Origin: a phage | DNA: 64,000 nt | Assembly (NCBI GenBank): GCA_014435945.1 | Contig: GCA_014435945.1_4088.1 | Direction: 5' to 3' (one strand) | Part shown: positions 1 to 10,764 of the stretch, one piece after another | How positions within the stretch are numbered: position 1 is the stretch's first letter | Layout: every line of letters starts with the position of its first letter | Position numbers and translations under genes: made by a program | The notes under the pieces: model-generated | Seen by the model: the letters and a program-made list of their open reading frames with translations, nothing else | Database searches by the model: none | Told to the model about the DNA's origin: nothing

Positions 1-1002
1 AATGGTAACATTAGAACCAACACCCAATGAACCAGCATAACTACTCGCATTTAAACCTGTTGCATATACACCAGAACTCGTAACTAGTATACTAGATTGT
101 GCTGGGTATCCAGTATGAATTGAATACAAAGTACCGGGTGGTAAGGTTGTACTATTATTTCCTAATACTGCTCGTGCTGTACTAGACGTAGTGTTATTAC
201 CCCATGCCCCATTATTGGCGTTCCCACCCACTAGGAACTGACGTGCTCCTGTACTTGGATTCTCCACTAAAGCACTGACTGCACCAATTGTACATACAAC
301 ATATTGTAATGTTTTTGTATATGTTGTACTTGGCTGATATAAAGTATATTGATTGTATGGAGTCCATGTATCAGTAGTACTTATACCTGATGTACTACCA
401 CCAATATATAAATTATTTTGTGTATCATAAAACATTACACAGCTATTTGTTGACTGTATTCGTGCAATATCAACATTAGGCGTGACAGCTTTTACAAATG
501 ATCCATCTGTTATTTGTTGAGTACTACCAGTACCATCAGCGAATTGTCTAGCCCCACTCCAACCAGTACTCCATATTGTATTATTATCCATTAAGAAAGT
601 AAACCAAGTAGTACCTGCATACATCTGTTTAATTGAAGTACCTGAACTTTGTGTGTACAAATTTTCAATATATTGGTTATAACTTAAAAATGATGTAGTA
701 CTAGTTTCTAAACCAATATGACCACCATATCCACAATAAAAATAATTTAAGTCCTTATCTTGAACTAACAAAGTTCCTTGTGTCATCCAGCAATCTTTGA
801 CATTTTCTCTAATTAATGTCCACGACCTTACTGCATTATTATTTCCGCGACCGAACTTCCCATAACTATTATTTCCTCGTGCGTATAGTTGACCGTCAGT
901 ATAAAGTACAACCACATCAGTATCAGTTGGTATTATTTTCTTAATTAGAAGAGGTTCAGGTGTGATATTCCCATAATCAAACAATCTAACAAAAGGTAAC
1001 AT
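1..1002 (-). CDS. RCC1-like beta-propeller repeat protein, array member (C-terminal part outside window)
   Basis: ATG at 1000-1002 with conserved SD/TATAAT cassette upstream; N-term MLPFVRLFDYGN; GQLG-type repeats. Confidence 0.7.
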   Translation of the reverse strand, partial: MLPFVRLFDYGNITPEPLLIKKIIPTDTDVVVLYTDGQLYARGNNSYGKFGRGNNNAVRSWTLIRENVKDCWMTQGTLLVQDKDLNYFYCGYGGHIGLETSTTSFLSYNQYIENLYTQSSGTSIKQMYAGTTWFTFLMDNNTIWSTGWSGARQFADGTGSTQQITDGSFVKAVTPNVDIARIQSTNSCVMFYDTQNNLYIGGSTSGISTTDTWTPYNQYTLYQPSTTYTKTLQYVVCTIGAVSALVENPSTGARQFLVGGNANNGAWGNNTTSSTARAVLGNNSTTLPPGTLYSIHTGYPAQSSILVTSSGVYATGLNASSYAGSLGVGSNVTI

Positions 1003-1073
1003 ATTTTCCTCCTTTATTCATTATACTATATTTAACCAAAAAGAAAAGCCAGTGCTCAAGTACTGGAGTAATG
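1003..1073 (-). promoter_or_regulatory. Intergenic cassette: terminator-like hairpin (CCAGT..ACTGG) + TATAAT box + AGGAGG SD
   Basis: Same cassette repeated between array genes. Confidence 0.5.
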
Positions 1074-2216
1074 TCAATAAGTATCCCAAGGTAATGGTGT
1101 CTTCCTAAATCCATACCTGGTTGTGCTCGCACCATCACCAGCAATGTATCTACCTATACCACATTGGTATAACTCTGTACTACTACATATAGCACCACCT
1201 ATAGTACCACTACTCCACTGAATTATATTAGAATATGTTATTGGTAAATCACTACATTTAGTATATATCCCAACGGTAGCACCACCACTAATACCACCAA
1301 ACATACTTCGGTTAGCACCAGTGTAATATATACCATCTGGACTCATAAATGCAGAGGTGTAAGTTGTACTGCAATCCACTGGACTTCTTATTGTATTAAG
1401 ATCGCCTGGGTATGTCCTGACACCAAAGGTGTATACATTACCATCAGTTGTAATACCATTACCTAACTGTCCACTGTTTTGTCCACCACATGTAAGCAAC
1501 AATGCAGAACCAGAAACAATTGCAGTAGCATTATACGAAGTACCCATTGCAATAGAAGCACCAGACAATAGTTTTGGAGTAACAATAGCTGTTGTATTAC
1601 CCTGGCCTAATTCACCATTGATATTTCGTCCCCATGCGTATATAGAAGTCGTATCCAATCGACATAGTACTGAACCATAACTAAACGTATATCGCATGTC
1701 ATTTACAGCAGAAGGCAAATTAACCTTAGTTGCAACACTAATAACACCACCAGTAACACCACTGTTTGCGTACATGTTACGACCATATGCATATAAAGAA
1801 CCATCTGAAGTTTTAATATGCATCATACCATCTGTACAATATAATGCATCTATACTCTCCACCGCAACCGGACCCATACTGGTAGTTATATCGGTCCACC
1901 CAAGCGTGGTAGTACTAGAAATTAAGTTATTTCCGGCGTATAGTATTCTATTATTATTAGTAACTACAACTGTATATCTGGCAGTAACACCAATTAATCG
2001 AACATCAGTATATATCTTAGACCACGCACCTAATGAATTGGTGTTTGCATCCAAAAAGCCCAACTGCCCATCTGTATTGTATCCAATACCCCATACATCA
2101 CCTGCACTGTCCAATAACACTTCATGTGAAAATCCAATCTTAAAATCTTTTATTGTAGGAACTACCGGAACTGGTGCAATATTCCCGTACTTAACCATTC
2201 TTGCAAAAGGTAACAT
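1074..2216 (-). CDS. RCC1-like beta-propeller repeat protein, array member
   Basis: 380 aa ORF; N-term MLPFARMVKYGN; repeated G-x-N-x-x-GQLG motifs; SD AGGGAGG. Confidence 0.75.
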   Translation of the reverse strand: MLPFARMVKYGNIAPVPVVPTIKDFKIGFSHEVLLDSAGDVWGIGYNTDGQLGFLDANTNSLGAWSKIYTDVRLIGVTARYTVVVTNNNRILYAGNNLISSTTTLGWTDITTSMGPVAVESIDALYCTDGMMHIKTSDGSLYAYGRNMYANSGVTGGVISVATKVNLPSAVNDMRYTFSYGSVLCRLDTTSIYAWGRNINGELGQGNTTAIVTPKLLSGASIAMGTSYNATAIVSGSALLLTCGGQNSGQLGNGITTDGNVYTFGVRTYPGDLNTIRSPVDCSTTYTSAFMSPDGIYYTGANRSMFGGISGGATVGIYTKCSDLPITYSNIIQWSSGTIGGAICSSTELYQCGIGRYIAGDGASTTRYGFRKTPLPWDTY

Positions 2217-2269
2217 AATTCCCTCCTTTATTCATTATACTATATTTAATACAAATAAGAATGCCAGTA
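2217..2269 (-). promoter_or_regulatory. Intergenic cassette: TATAAT box + SD; 9-bp-stem hairpin (2261-2283) overlaps stop codon of upstream gene, followed by T-run
   Basis: ATGCCAGTA-cttga-TACTGGCAT then tcttatttgtatt on minus strand. Confidence 0.55.
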
Positions 2270-3466
2270 TCAAGTACTGGCATTAATTGTTGGGAGTGGG
2301 AATTCTTTCATGACAGATGAACTACTTGCTGAAATATTATCAGGAGATTTCCCCGCGTAGTATAATTTATTATTAATGTACATATACAACGTTGCATCGT
2401 TCCCTGCTACAAGGGATTCACTTTTCTTAAAGTTAACACCAGCAGGTAAAATTGCTTCAACAAATGATCCTGAATCGCGTGTGGTATTATTTGCTAACTG
2501 ACCATTGTTATTATAACCAGTACTATAAATTTTACCTGAACTATAATATACAAGACCACGTGTACTAGTGTTTTCTATTCGAATGAATTCACTATCATCT
2601 GGGACTGTAGTTGATAGTACTGCGTTTAACCTATAAGCAGTTGATACATTATTATTGCCCAGTTGTCCATAACCTTGAAAACCTAGTGCATACATAGGAC
2701 ATGATTCTGGTGATGTTGGTGTTCCTTTTGTTATAATACCAATATAATTCGCACTACAAAAAATATCTACTGCTTCTACAACAGGTGTACCCTTATATTG
2801 AACCCAAGGGAATACATACGATTGTTGTCTGCCATCTGCCAAAGTACCAGAAGATGTTGTTCCTGTACGCCACATTGTATCATCAAGTTTAATAATCCAG
2901 TTAGCTGATGTAATTGATGAACAGAATTTTTTAACATTATCTACTACAAATGTAAATCTATTATAATATGATGCCGTGTTTATACCAAACTTAGCACCAG
3001 TATTATCACCTAACACATATAAACTATTATCAGTTCCTAAAATCACAGCATAATTATAACCTACGTATATCTCTTTAATTCTTGAAATTCCAAATTGTGT
3101 AAAATAGCTTGTACATTCAGTGAATGTTGTTACATTATTGGTGGTATTATTACCCAGCCAAGTATCCAAACCACTATAAAAGAATCTATCATCATTAGTG
3201 CGTATTAGACAAAAAGCGTTCATAGTACTGCACCAAAAATCTTTAACATTGCTATATATTTTTGTCCATTCAGTTACTTGATTAGTATGACCTAAACCAA
3301 AAATTCCACCATTCTGAAGACCCATAGCCCATACTGAACCATTTACATCAAGTAGCATTGTACATGTATATGAATAACCACCCGATGGGGTGACTAATTT
3401 AGTAAAATTTGGTACATATGGAATGACTACATTCCCGTACTTAACCATTCTTGCAAAAGGTAACAT
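2270..3466 (-). CDS. RCC1-like beta-propeller repeat protein, array member
   Basis: 398 aa; N-term MLPFARMVKYGN; Gly/Asn/Thr-rich repeats. Confidence 0.75.
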   Translation of the reverse strand: MLPFARMVKYGNVVIPYVPNFTKLVTPSGGYSYTCTMLLDVNGSVWAMGLQNGGIFGLGHTNQVTEWTKIYSNVKDFWCSTMNAFCLIRTNDDRFFYSGLDTWLGNNTTNNVTTFTECTSYFTQFGISRIKEIYVGYNYAVILGTDNSLYVLGDNTGAKFGINTASYYNRFTFVVDNVKKFCSSITSANWIIKLDDTMWRTGTTSSGTLADGRQQSYVFPWVQYKGTPVVEAVDIFCSANYIGIITKGTPTSPESCPMYALGFQGYGQLGNNNVSTAYRLNAVLSTTVPDDSEFIRIENTSTRGLVYYSSGKIYSTGYNNNGQLANNTTRDSGSFVEAILPAGVNFKKSESLVAGNDATLYMYINNKLYYAGKSPDNISASSSSVMKEFPLPTINAST

Positions 3467-3537
3467 ATTTCCCTCCTTTATTCATTATACTATATTTAAT
3501 TCAAAAAGAAAAGCCAGTATCAAGTACTGGCATTATG
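3467..3537 (-). promoter_or_regulatory. Intergenic cassette: terminator hairpin + TATAAT + SD
   Basis: gccagtatcaagtactggc hairpin; conserved tatagtataatgaataaaggaggg. Confidence 0.5.
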
Positions 3538-4647
3538 TTATTTTGGTAAATCAATTTTAGTAAAGACTGCAACATCCTCGCTTGCCCCTGGGATGGCGTA
3601 ATAAGAACCAGTACTATATACATCTCCGTCTTTTGTTAATATTGATGTCAAACCATCACTAAAAAGAACATCCCTAATTGCACTAACTTCAACGGGTAAT
3701 TGTAAATTTGTAGCACTATATATAGCACCAGTTTGAGAATTGTTTAATCCCAAACCACGGTTCGCCCCAACACCCTTCTGATATGTACTAGTAATTACCA
3801 TTTGTGTCGCAGTATTTAAGGCAGGTGAATTCGTCATAAACAACGGAGAACTATTCGGCAAAGTACTTACAGGAACTGCACGGAATGTAGTTGTATCTGA
3901 ACTAAGAAAGTTTGGCGTTTGACCACATACGAAATATGATGTACCATTATAGTAATTAAATGCATTACCACCTATAGCTGCATCTATTACTCCAGTACTA
4001 CGTAATCCCCACGTGTTAATTTGTGTTCGGTTCCCCGTGCCATGCTGACCCCTGTCATTCCACCCAGAACTATATAACTTATTATCTAATGTAATATACA
4101 TACTGTCATTTGCATTCGTCATTACTTTACGCACATTAGTAGCACATTGAGTTAATGTGTAAATTGATGATGAACCAATACCTAAAGCACCACGATATCC
4201 ATTAGCCCCTGCACCATAGAGTACTGAACTAGTGCTAAGTACAAATATTAAACCATACGAACATACTATATCAGCAATTTCATTTACCGATAGTACACTC
4301 GTAAACCACGCAGTCCTATCAACTAATACAGTACTGTAAGAAGTCCCAGTAGAAGACGAAAACCAATAAGTCTCACCAGCAGTCCATATAGTATTGTCAC
4401 TCTTAATAACAACAACTGTACGATCACCAGCAAAAAAATTAGTAACTCCTGTACTCACTAATCTCCATGAAGATACAGTGTTGGTATTACCATTACCAGA
4501 TTCACCACCTTGATTTCTTCCTATGTAATATAAATCATGTGAATCAGTCAATAAGAATTGACCCTGTGTGGAAGCACCAACTTTAATTATATTTTTAGGA
4601 CCAGGTGCAACATTCCCATACTCCAACATCCTTACAAAAGGTAACAT
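3538..4647 (-). CDS. RCC1-like beta-propeller repeat protein, array member
   Basis: 369 aa; N-term MLPFVRMLEYGN; 10-nt gap to upstream gene, so co-transcribed. Confidence 0.75.
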   Translation of the reverse strand: MLPFVRMLEYGNVAPGPKNIIKVGASTQGQFLLTDSHDLYYIGRNQGGESGNGNTNTVSSWRLVSTGVTNFFAGDRTVVVIKSDNTIWTAGETYWFSSSTGTSYSTVLVDRTAWFTSVLSVNEIADIVCSYGLIFVLSTSSVLYGAGANGYRGALGIGSSSIYTLTQCATNVRKVMTNANDSMYITLDNKLYSSGWNDRGQHGTGNRTQINTWGLRSTGVIDAAIGGNAFNYYNGTSYFVCGQTPNFLSSDTTTFRAVPVSTLPNSSPLFMTNSPALNTATQMVITSTYQKGVGANRGLGLNNSQTGAIYSATNLQLPVEVSAIRDVLFSDGLTSILTKDGDVYSTGSYYAIPGASEDVAVFTKIDLPK

Positions 4648-4657
4648 ATTTCTCTCC

Positions 4658-5788
4658 TTAATTTAATAATGCCCCTGGCAAATCCACTTTGACGAATTGT
4701 GCATATGCTGAGGAATTTTGATCAAAGTTTGGTCCCAATCCATAAAATGAGCTAATGCCGTCTTCATTTGTGTATATGATATAAACGTTCTTTACATCAT
4801 TTCCGCATATAAATCGAATGTCTTTCGTTTGTGTTCCCGCTGGAACATTACGAAGGTTCACAACGCCATTACTTGCATTGTTATCAGCCGCCGCAATTGG
4901 TAATTGATTTTGACCATATTGACCACGCATATTTTTTGCATCTAAACCAAACACAGTATCTGATACCGCACCAACTTTCAAAAATGAACCAAAACTATTA
5001 TTGAATGACTTTGGAAATGTACCACTATAAACACTTCTCCCATCTGATAATACCGCTGAACTGAATTTCCCGCTATTCGATATGGCAAATTCATTGTAAG
5101 GAAGTGTACCCATTTTGGTATATACAGAATATGAATTAGTGGAAGTATTATCAATAATCTTATTACCATTATATCCAATACCATACTGGTATCCGTCTGC
5201 ATCTTGAACTATACACAAAGGACCACTTGGGGTTTGTGTCAACGAAACAACACGTTCAACTTGTATATCACCAAATGTATTTCTTCGCCATGTTCTATCT
5301 ATTATAGTACTAGTATTACCCAAAGATAATGCCACACTATATAATAGATTGTTTTCAGTAAAAATGGCAACATAATATGCGTGGTTAATAACTTGCTTCA
5401 TCCCAGCATCAATAACTTCCTGTGGAATATGATCAGTAACATCCAACCAATCAAGGTTAGATGATGCAATATCTGGAGTACTGAATTTGTCAAATCTAGT
5501 TGAGCCACAAACTAGCACTCTATCATCATTTGTCAAAGCCACTGTGCTAGTCTGCATATTAGAACTGAATGATTTAACATTACTAATGTTAGACTTGTAC
5601 CAACCCTTATCAGCAGCACCCACCGTGAATCCGGTTCCCATTGATCCACTTGTACTTGTACCATAAGCCCACATCTCACCACTATATGTTAGTGCCATAC
5701 AGTGGCTTCCATTTGCTTGGAAATCCTTTATACCAGTGGGAGCAACCACTGTATTCCCATAATCAAACATTCTAACAAAAGGTAACAT
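4658..5788 (-). CDS. RCC1-like beta-propeller repeat protein, array member
   Basis: Start moved to conserved ATG (MLPFVRMFDYGN) at 5788; track start 5803 adds 5 aa. Confidence 0.72.
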   Translation of the reverse strand: MLPFVRMFDYGNTVVAPTGIKDFQANGSHCMALTYSGEMWAYGTSTSGSMGTGFTVGAADKGWYKSNISNVKSFSSNMQTSTVALTNDDRVLVCGSTRFDKFSTPDIASSNLDWLDVTDHIPQEVIDAGMKQVINHAYYVAIFTENNLLYSVALSLGNTSTIIDRTWRRNTFGDIQVERVVSLTQTPSGPLCIVQDADGYQYGIGYNGNKIIDNTSTNSYSVYTKMGTLPYNEFAISNSGKFSSAVLSDGRSVYSGTFPKSFNNSFGSFLKVGAVSDTVFGLDAKNMRGQYGQNQLPIAAADNNASNGVVNLRNVPAGTQTKDIRFICGNDVKNVYIIYTNEDGISSFYGLGPNFDQNSSAYAQFVKVDLPGALLN

Positions 5789-5863
5789 AACTAAAATCTC
5801 CATATAATAATTATAATGTATTTACAAAAAAATACCAGTACGTATTTCAGTACTGGTATAATG
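5789..5863 (-). promoter_or_regulatory. Intergenic cassette with 8-bp-stem hairpin ACCAGTAC..GTACTGGT
   Basis: Hairpin about 5833-5856 plus AT-rich tataat-like tract. Confidence 0.45.
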
Positions 5864-7045
5864 TTATGGTAAAATAATAGCTTGTAACGAACTCATACCC
5901 AATGTTGGGACACTCGCCTGTGGTGCTGGTGAATTCAATTTTGGTGATGAAACCGCATATGACATTCCTGAACCCAAATCTGGATCAAAAACTACAGCAC
6001 AATAATTCCCACTATATATAAGTCCATTCTTGTATCCTTGTGCACTTTGAATGCATTTCGTGAACGTACCAATATCTGTAGTGGCATTTATTAAGTTCCT
6101 CCCACGATAACCGCAGGTGTATATGAAATTATCATCGCCTATGTACATACTAGAATCCCCAGAAGAACTACATAGATACGACATATAAGCACGCATGTTT
6201 TTAGGAGCAACTGACAATGTACCTGCATAGAATTTATTATTCGAACCCGTAATATCACCATCACCCAATGCACCAAAACTTCCCCAGCCAGTACCGTAAT
6301 ATCTCTTATCACTCAAAAATATAATACAGTTGTTATTACACATCTTGATTTGATATATCAATGAAGGATCAACCCCAGGGAATGATTCAGTGAATGTTAG
6401 AACAGCCGGATCAGTACTAGCATTACATTGATGATATGTATTAGTACCAGCGGACAAGATTGTTCCATTAGCTAACAGAATTCTCGCAGTACCAGTACCA
6501 GCAGTACAAGCAACTGCACTTCCTGCACTTCCGGTGTATATTTGTCTGAAAGTAAAGAAACCAACAGTTTTACTTCCCTGCCCACTCCAACCAGTATTAT
6601 CAACTCCACACGCCCATACTGAACCATCTTGCATGATCATCATTACACCAAAGCGTTCTATTGAAATATAAACAATCTTCGTTGTATCAACTGCACTAAA
6701 TCTAGAAGTTATATCAGTCCATACCTTAACACTTACCGCCGTCGCACTGGAAGTAGGATCTTCACCAGCTATCATTATCCTCCCATTGTTAGTAAGATAC
6801 ATTGTCTGACTATAACCAGTACTACAAAACTTAACACTATTAGTCTCTGGAACTTTTAACCACTCGTTGTAACGTGTTACGTTAGTGTTATTACCTAACT
6901 GATAATAGTTATTCATCCCAGATACATATAACACACCATCCTTTATTAAACTATAAGTCGCACTATAGTCACTACAGGTATAACGTGTACCCACAGGTCG
7001 CTCAACGACGTTCCCATAATCAAACATTCTAACAAAAGGTAACAT
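5864..7045 (-). CDS. RCC1-like beta-propeller repeat protein, array member
   Basis: 393 aa; N-term MLPFVRMFDYGN. Confidence 0.75.
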   Translation of the reverse strand: MLPFVRMFDYGNVVERPVGTRYTCSDYSATYSLIKDGVLYVSGMNNYYQLGNNTNVTRYNEWLKVPETNSVKFCSTGYSQTMYLTNNGRIMIAGEDPTSSATAVSVKVWTDITSRFSAVDTTKIVYISIERFGVMMIMQDGSVWACGVDNTGWSGQGSKTVGFFTFRQIYTGSAGSAVACTAGTGTARILLANGTILSAGTNTYHQCNASTDPAVLTFTESFPGVDPSLIYQIKMCNNNCIIFLSDKRYYGTGWGSFGALGDGDITGSNNKFYAGTLSVAPKNMRAYMSYLCSSSGDSSMYIGDDNFIYTCGYRGRNLINATTDIGTFTKCIQSAQGYKNGLIYSGNYCAVVFDPDLGSGMSYAVSSPKLNSPAPQASVPTLGMSSLQAIILP

Positions 7046-7118
7046 AATAAAATCTCCGTAATTAAATTATATAGTATTTACAAAAAATACCAGTACATAT
7101 TTCAGTACTGACCTATTA
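7046..7118 (-). promoter_or_regulatory. Intergenic cassette with hairpin
   Basis: ccagtacatatttcagtactg hairpin; AT-rich promoter-like tract. Confidence 0.45.
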
Positions 7119-8240
7119 TTAAAAGGGCAACGGTAACTCAGTAAAAGTACTTACGTCCGGTAAACCATACATTGAATTAGCATCACCACAGTAATACCAC
7201 TTCGTAGAATCATGTACCACCGATAAACGCTGTGCACATAACACTTCCTGTATGTCATTAAACACCATCGGGACTAACTCATATGTATCCGCAAATGAAG
7301 ATACACCACCACTCGCATGAAAAGTATTCGTCCCAGCATAAAATAACTGATTAGTGTTCTTACCCACAGCAAATGTCATCAATATCCCATCATTCGCCCA
7401 TAAAGAAGAAAACTTATCAACACTACCAGAAAGCTCTGTGTAAGTACTCGTAATGGCACTCGCAGCCGCCGCATTACCCATCTGTTTATTCAAGTTCTGT
7501 CCAGCAATAAAATATCTCGTGCGTGCACTAGAATCAGTATATAATAACCCAGTGTTCGTAGTCATCATTCCAATGTCCTTAATCGTCATACCAGTCTGTG
7601 AATAACTTAGATACGAAGTTAAATTAACATTATTACCCAACGAACCGTTATCACTCATACCACAACGATGTAATATACCACTTGTATCAACGTAGATTGT
7701 ACTAACTAAACTCGTATACAACTCTTGTACATTATTCGCAATAAACACAGCAGTCGCCTTATTACTAACCCCACCAAATGATAGGTTATTATCAAATCCC
7801 TTAGCGTATAATTGATTATTAGTAGTCAATAATCCAATCGTGAAATAAGACATTTTCATATCCCTTACTGTACTCAAATCTACTGCCCCAAATTGGTGCG
7901 TAACATCTGTCCATGTGAAAATCTGTGCACTACCAACACCACCCGTTTCAAACCATTTGTCACCACAGTACAATATGCGATTACCCTTAGTAAAGATAAC
8001 TGTTACCAATCCACTACCACACGCAAACTTTACATCACTTCTAACCTTCGTCCAATTAAGTACATAGGTAGTGGTGTTATTACCTATACCTAACTTGCCA
8101 TAACGGTTATAACCACGCACCCACAAATCACCACTCTTAGTAATTAATAGTAATGCGTCTCCTGTACTTATTATTCGAAATCCCGAACTAGGATCAGGTG
8201 TAATATTTCCATAATCAAACAATCTAACAAAAGGTAACAT
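7119..8240 (-). CDS. RCC1-like beta-propeller repeat protein, array member
   Basis: 373 aa; N-term MLPFVRLFDYGN; 9-nt gap to upstream gene. Confidence 0.75.
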   Translation of the reverse strand: MLPFVRLFDYGNITPDPSSGFRIISTGDALLLITKSGDLWVRGYNRYGKLGIGNNTTTYVLNWTKVRSDVKFACGSGLVTVIFTKGNRILYCGDKWFETGGVGSAQIFTWTDVTHQFGAVDLSTVRDMKMSYFTIGLLTTNNQLYAKGFDNNLSFGGVSNKATAVFIANNVQELYTSLVSTIYVDTSGILHRCGMSDNGSLGNNVNLTSYLSYSQTGMTIKDIGMMTTNTGLLYTDSSARTRYFIAGQNLNKQMGNAAAASAITSTYTELSGSVDKFSSLWANDGILMTFAVGKNTNQLFYAGTNTFHASGGVSSFADTYELVPMVFNDIQEVLCAQRLSVVHDSTKWYYCGDANSMYGLPDVSTFTELPLPF

Positions 8241-8249
8241 GATTTTCTC

Positions 8250-9443
8250 CTATGATTGCCATAACTGCGTTGGCATTAATGTTAATGTTTTAATTACGGA
8301 AGTACCATCCGGTAAGTTACCACCTGAACCGTTAAAGCCCCCACATGCATATAATTTATAATCTTTAGTTATAATTATTGTTCTGGACCAGTCTTTGGAT
8401 GCCATAAGAACATTGTCATATCCACCCTGTATCGCACTTAAAGAAAACGCCCCCCACGAAGTAATTACTGTTGTATTTCCCGTCCCTTCTTGACCATATG
8501 TATTGATGCCTGCACTCCTGACATATGATGGGTATTGAGCCATAGGTGCACCAATTGTTGAGTTACCCATATTACTAGGACACAGGAAACCATCACTAAT
8601 ATTCACTATAACCTGTGAATTCTGAACTGTAGTTAATTGGTTTGTAGTTGAAGTAGTACCATTCCCAGCTTGTCCAGAATTGTTTCTACCACTCCAGTAC
8701 ACCCTACCGGCAGTGAACCACCAGGTAACATCATAAGTAGCACTTATATAATCGACGTTGGATCGTATTAATTTATTAGTAAAAACGTATGAGCTAGTCC
8801 CACCACCACTTTCACCAAAGTTATCCTTACCACAAAACCATGCTTCTTTATTTGTTTTGAGATAGTGCGTACCCTGTAATGAACACGCCAATTGAGAAAC
8901 TTCACCCATACCAGTAACAACTGTTAGTACTGGAATGGAATTTTGGTTACCTGTTCCACATTCGGCATTTGCATTTTTACCACAAACAACTACTCTTCCA
9001 TCGTGTAGTAATATTCTAGTACTTTCACCTATATGTACACTCTTGATTAAATTAGCGTGTACATTTATTTTGTTAAATGCGGCAGTAACATCAGTCCATG
9101 TTCTAAAATAACCATTAACTGGAGTTGCATCTCCATAATCGGGGAATGCTACAGTATTCCCTGTGAAATATATTCTATTATCCAAGTCAATCATCAATGA
9201 GCCATGAACGCCTAACCAAAAGGCTGCACAGTGCGTTGCCAGTACTGTAAAAGTAGAAACTGTCGATTGATTCCCTAGACCTAATTGGCTCAAGTTATTA
9301 CCACCATAACCGTATAGTGTATTCGTGGGCTTATGTAGATACATAGCATTAGTATAATGTTGCTGTAAAACATCAGTGAACTCAACTGGATCAGGAATAG
9401 GCAGTTTATTCCCGTATTTAACCATTCTTGCAAAAGGTAACAT
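8250..9443 (-). CDS. RCC1-like beta-propeller repeat protein, array member
   Basis: 397 aa; N-term MLPFARMVKYGN. Confidence 0.75.
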   Translation of the reverse strand: MLPFARMVKYGNKLPIPDPVEFTDVLQQHYTNAMYLHKPTNTLYGYGGNNLSQLGLGNQSTVSTFTVLATHCAAFWLGVHGSLMIDLDNRIYFTGNTVAFPDYGDATPVNGYFRTWTDVTAAFNKINVHANLIKSVHIGESTRILLHDGRVVVCGKNANAECGTGNQNSIPVLTVVTGMGEVSQLACSLQGTHYLKTNKEAWFCGKDNFGESGGGTSSYVFTNKLIRSNVDYISATYDVTWWFTAGRVYWSGRNNSGQAGNGTTSTTNQLTTVQNSQVIVNISDGFLCPSNMGNSTIGAPMAQYPSYVRSAGINTYGQEGTGNTTVITSWGAFSLSAIQGGYDNVLMASKDWSRTIIITKDYKLYACGGFNGSGGNLPDGTSVIKTLTLMPTQLWQS

Positions 9444-9513
9444 ATTTCCCTCCTTTATTCATTATACTATATTTAATCAAAAATAAATGCCAGTACACAG
9501 TACTGGCATAATA
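9444..9513 (-). promoter_or_regulatory. Intergenic cassette: hairpin + TATAAT + SD
   Basis: gccagtacacagtactggc; tatagtataatgaataaaggaggg. Confidence 0.5.
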
Positions 9514-10692
9514 TTATCGGTTAAATTTAAAATCTGTTATGTGTGTCCATGTATGATTTAATGGTGTACTCATTGGTGTAAAGCCAGCAGGGTCTGACAA
9601 AGCTGTACCACGTGCGTACATAAATTGATTGCCAGTACAATCCATTATAGCATAAGAACGTTTTGCTGTGCCACATTTGAACCCAACTGCACTACTTGGG
9701 GTCGGTAATACTTCAAATGTAGGTGCATTTGAACTACCACCCCCATCTTTTGTTCCAGCTATGTACAGAACTCCATTAGTATCAATGATTAAGTTAGTCC
9801 AATATACTTGTTCTCGTCCAGCAAAAAAATATGTTAAATCACCTGGTACAAATGGTAACGTTCCTTTATATATTGTGGTATTAACATCCACTGGTGCACC
9901 AGCTACACCCCATGAACTCATATAGTTTCTCCCACTTGCGTAGAATGTAGTTCCTTTACCGTAAAGTATTAATGTTGCTAGACTTGTTCGCATTGCATTA
10001 TATTCAAACTCAGGATCATCAGTAGCGTCCTTAAAAATCTGTGTCCATGTTGTTATATTGCCAGTAGTTGTAACACCCATTTGATAATAATAATTATCAC
10101 CAGTAGCATAGAATTCTTTAGGGCCAGTTTGTACAATTGCATTCCTATTAGTTAACCAAAAATCTAATGTATTAGTCTTGATCTTGGTTGGTGTGTAATT
10201 CGCCACGGTATTTCCTTTTCCGAAATAACCATTAGCGTTATTTCCATGACCCCATAAATCACCATTAGTTGTGCGTAGGAATAATGTACCAATATTGAAT
10301 CCAACTTTTTCTATAGTACTTATGTCAATACCAACAGTCGTGTACTTCGTTGTAAAATCTTGAAAAGTACTCCAATAATTAGATGAACCATTAAACATGG
10401 TTTGTTTACCAGTGTACTTCACTTTATTATCTTTAGTGATAAGTAATGTCCCCCACACTGACGCGAACATCAACTTAACATTTTCCATAACAAAGTATGG
10501 CTTACCGTATGCTGACGCGGTAGAGTTCAAACCTAATAGTTGTCCATTATTACTACAACCCCATACTTCGCCGTTATCCAAAAGCATCAACATAGTAGGT
10601 TTGCCAGATGATACATCCAAAAAGAAATCTTTTGGTGTTGGTACACCAGGTGTAATATTTCCATAATCAAACATTCTAACAAAAGGTAACAT
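9514..10692 (-). CDS. RCC1-like beta-propeller repeat protein, array member
   Basis: 392 aa; N-term MLPFVRMFDYGN. Confidence 0.75.
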   Translation of the reverse strand: MLPFVRMFDYGNITPGVPTPKDFFLDVSSGKPTMLMLLDNGEVWGCSNNGQLLGLNSTASAYGKPYFVMENVKLMFASVWGTLLITKDNKVKYTGKQTMFNGSSNYWSTFQDFTTKYTTVGIDISTIEKVGFNIGTLFLRTTNGDLWGHGNNANGYFGKGNTVANYTPTKIKTNTLDFWLTNRNAIVQTGPKEFYATGDNYYYQMGVTTTGNITTWTQIFKDATDDPEFEYNAMRTSLATLILYGKGTTFYASGRNYMSSWGVAGAPVDVNTTIYKGTLPFVPGDLTYFFAGREQVYWTNLIIDTNGVLYIAGTKDGGGSSNAPTFEVLPTPSSAVGFKCGTAKRSYAIMDCTGNQFMYARGTALSDPAGFTPMSTPLNHTWTHITDFKFNR

Positions 10693-10764
10693 ATTTCCCT
10701 CCTTTATTCATTATACTATATTTAATCAAAAATAAAAGCCAGTACTCTGTACTGGCATATTAAT
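10693..10764 (-). promoter_or_regulatory. Intergenic cassette: hairpin + TATAAT + SD
   Basis: gccagtactctgtactggc; conserved cassette. Confidence 0.5.
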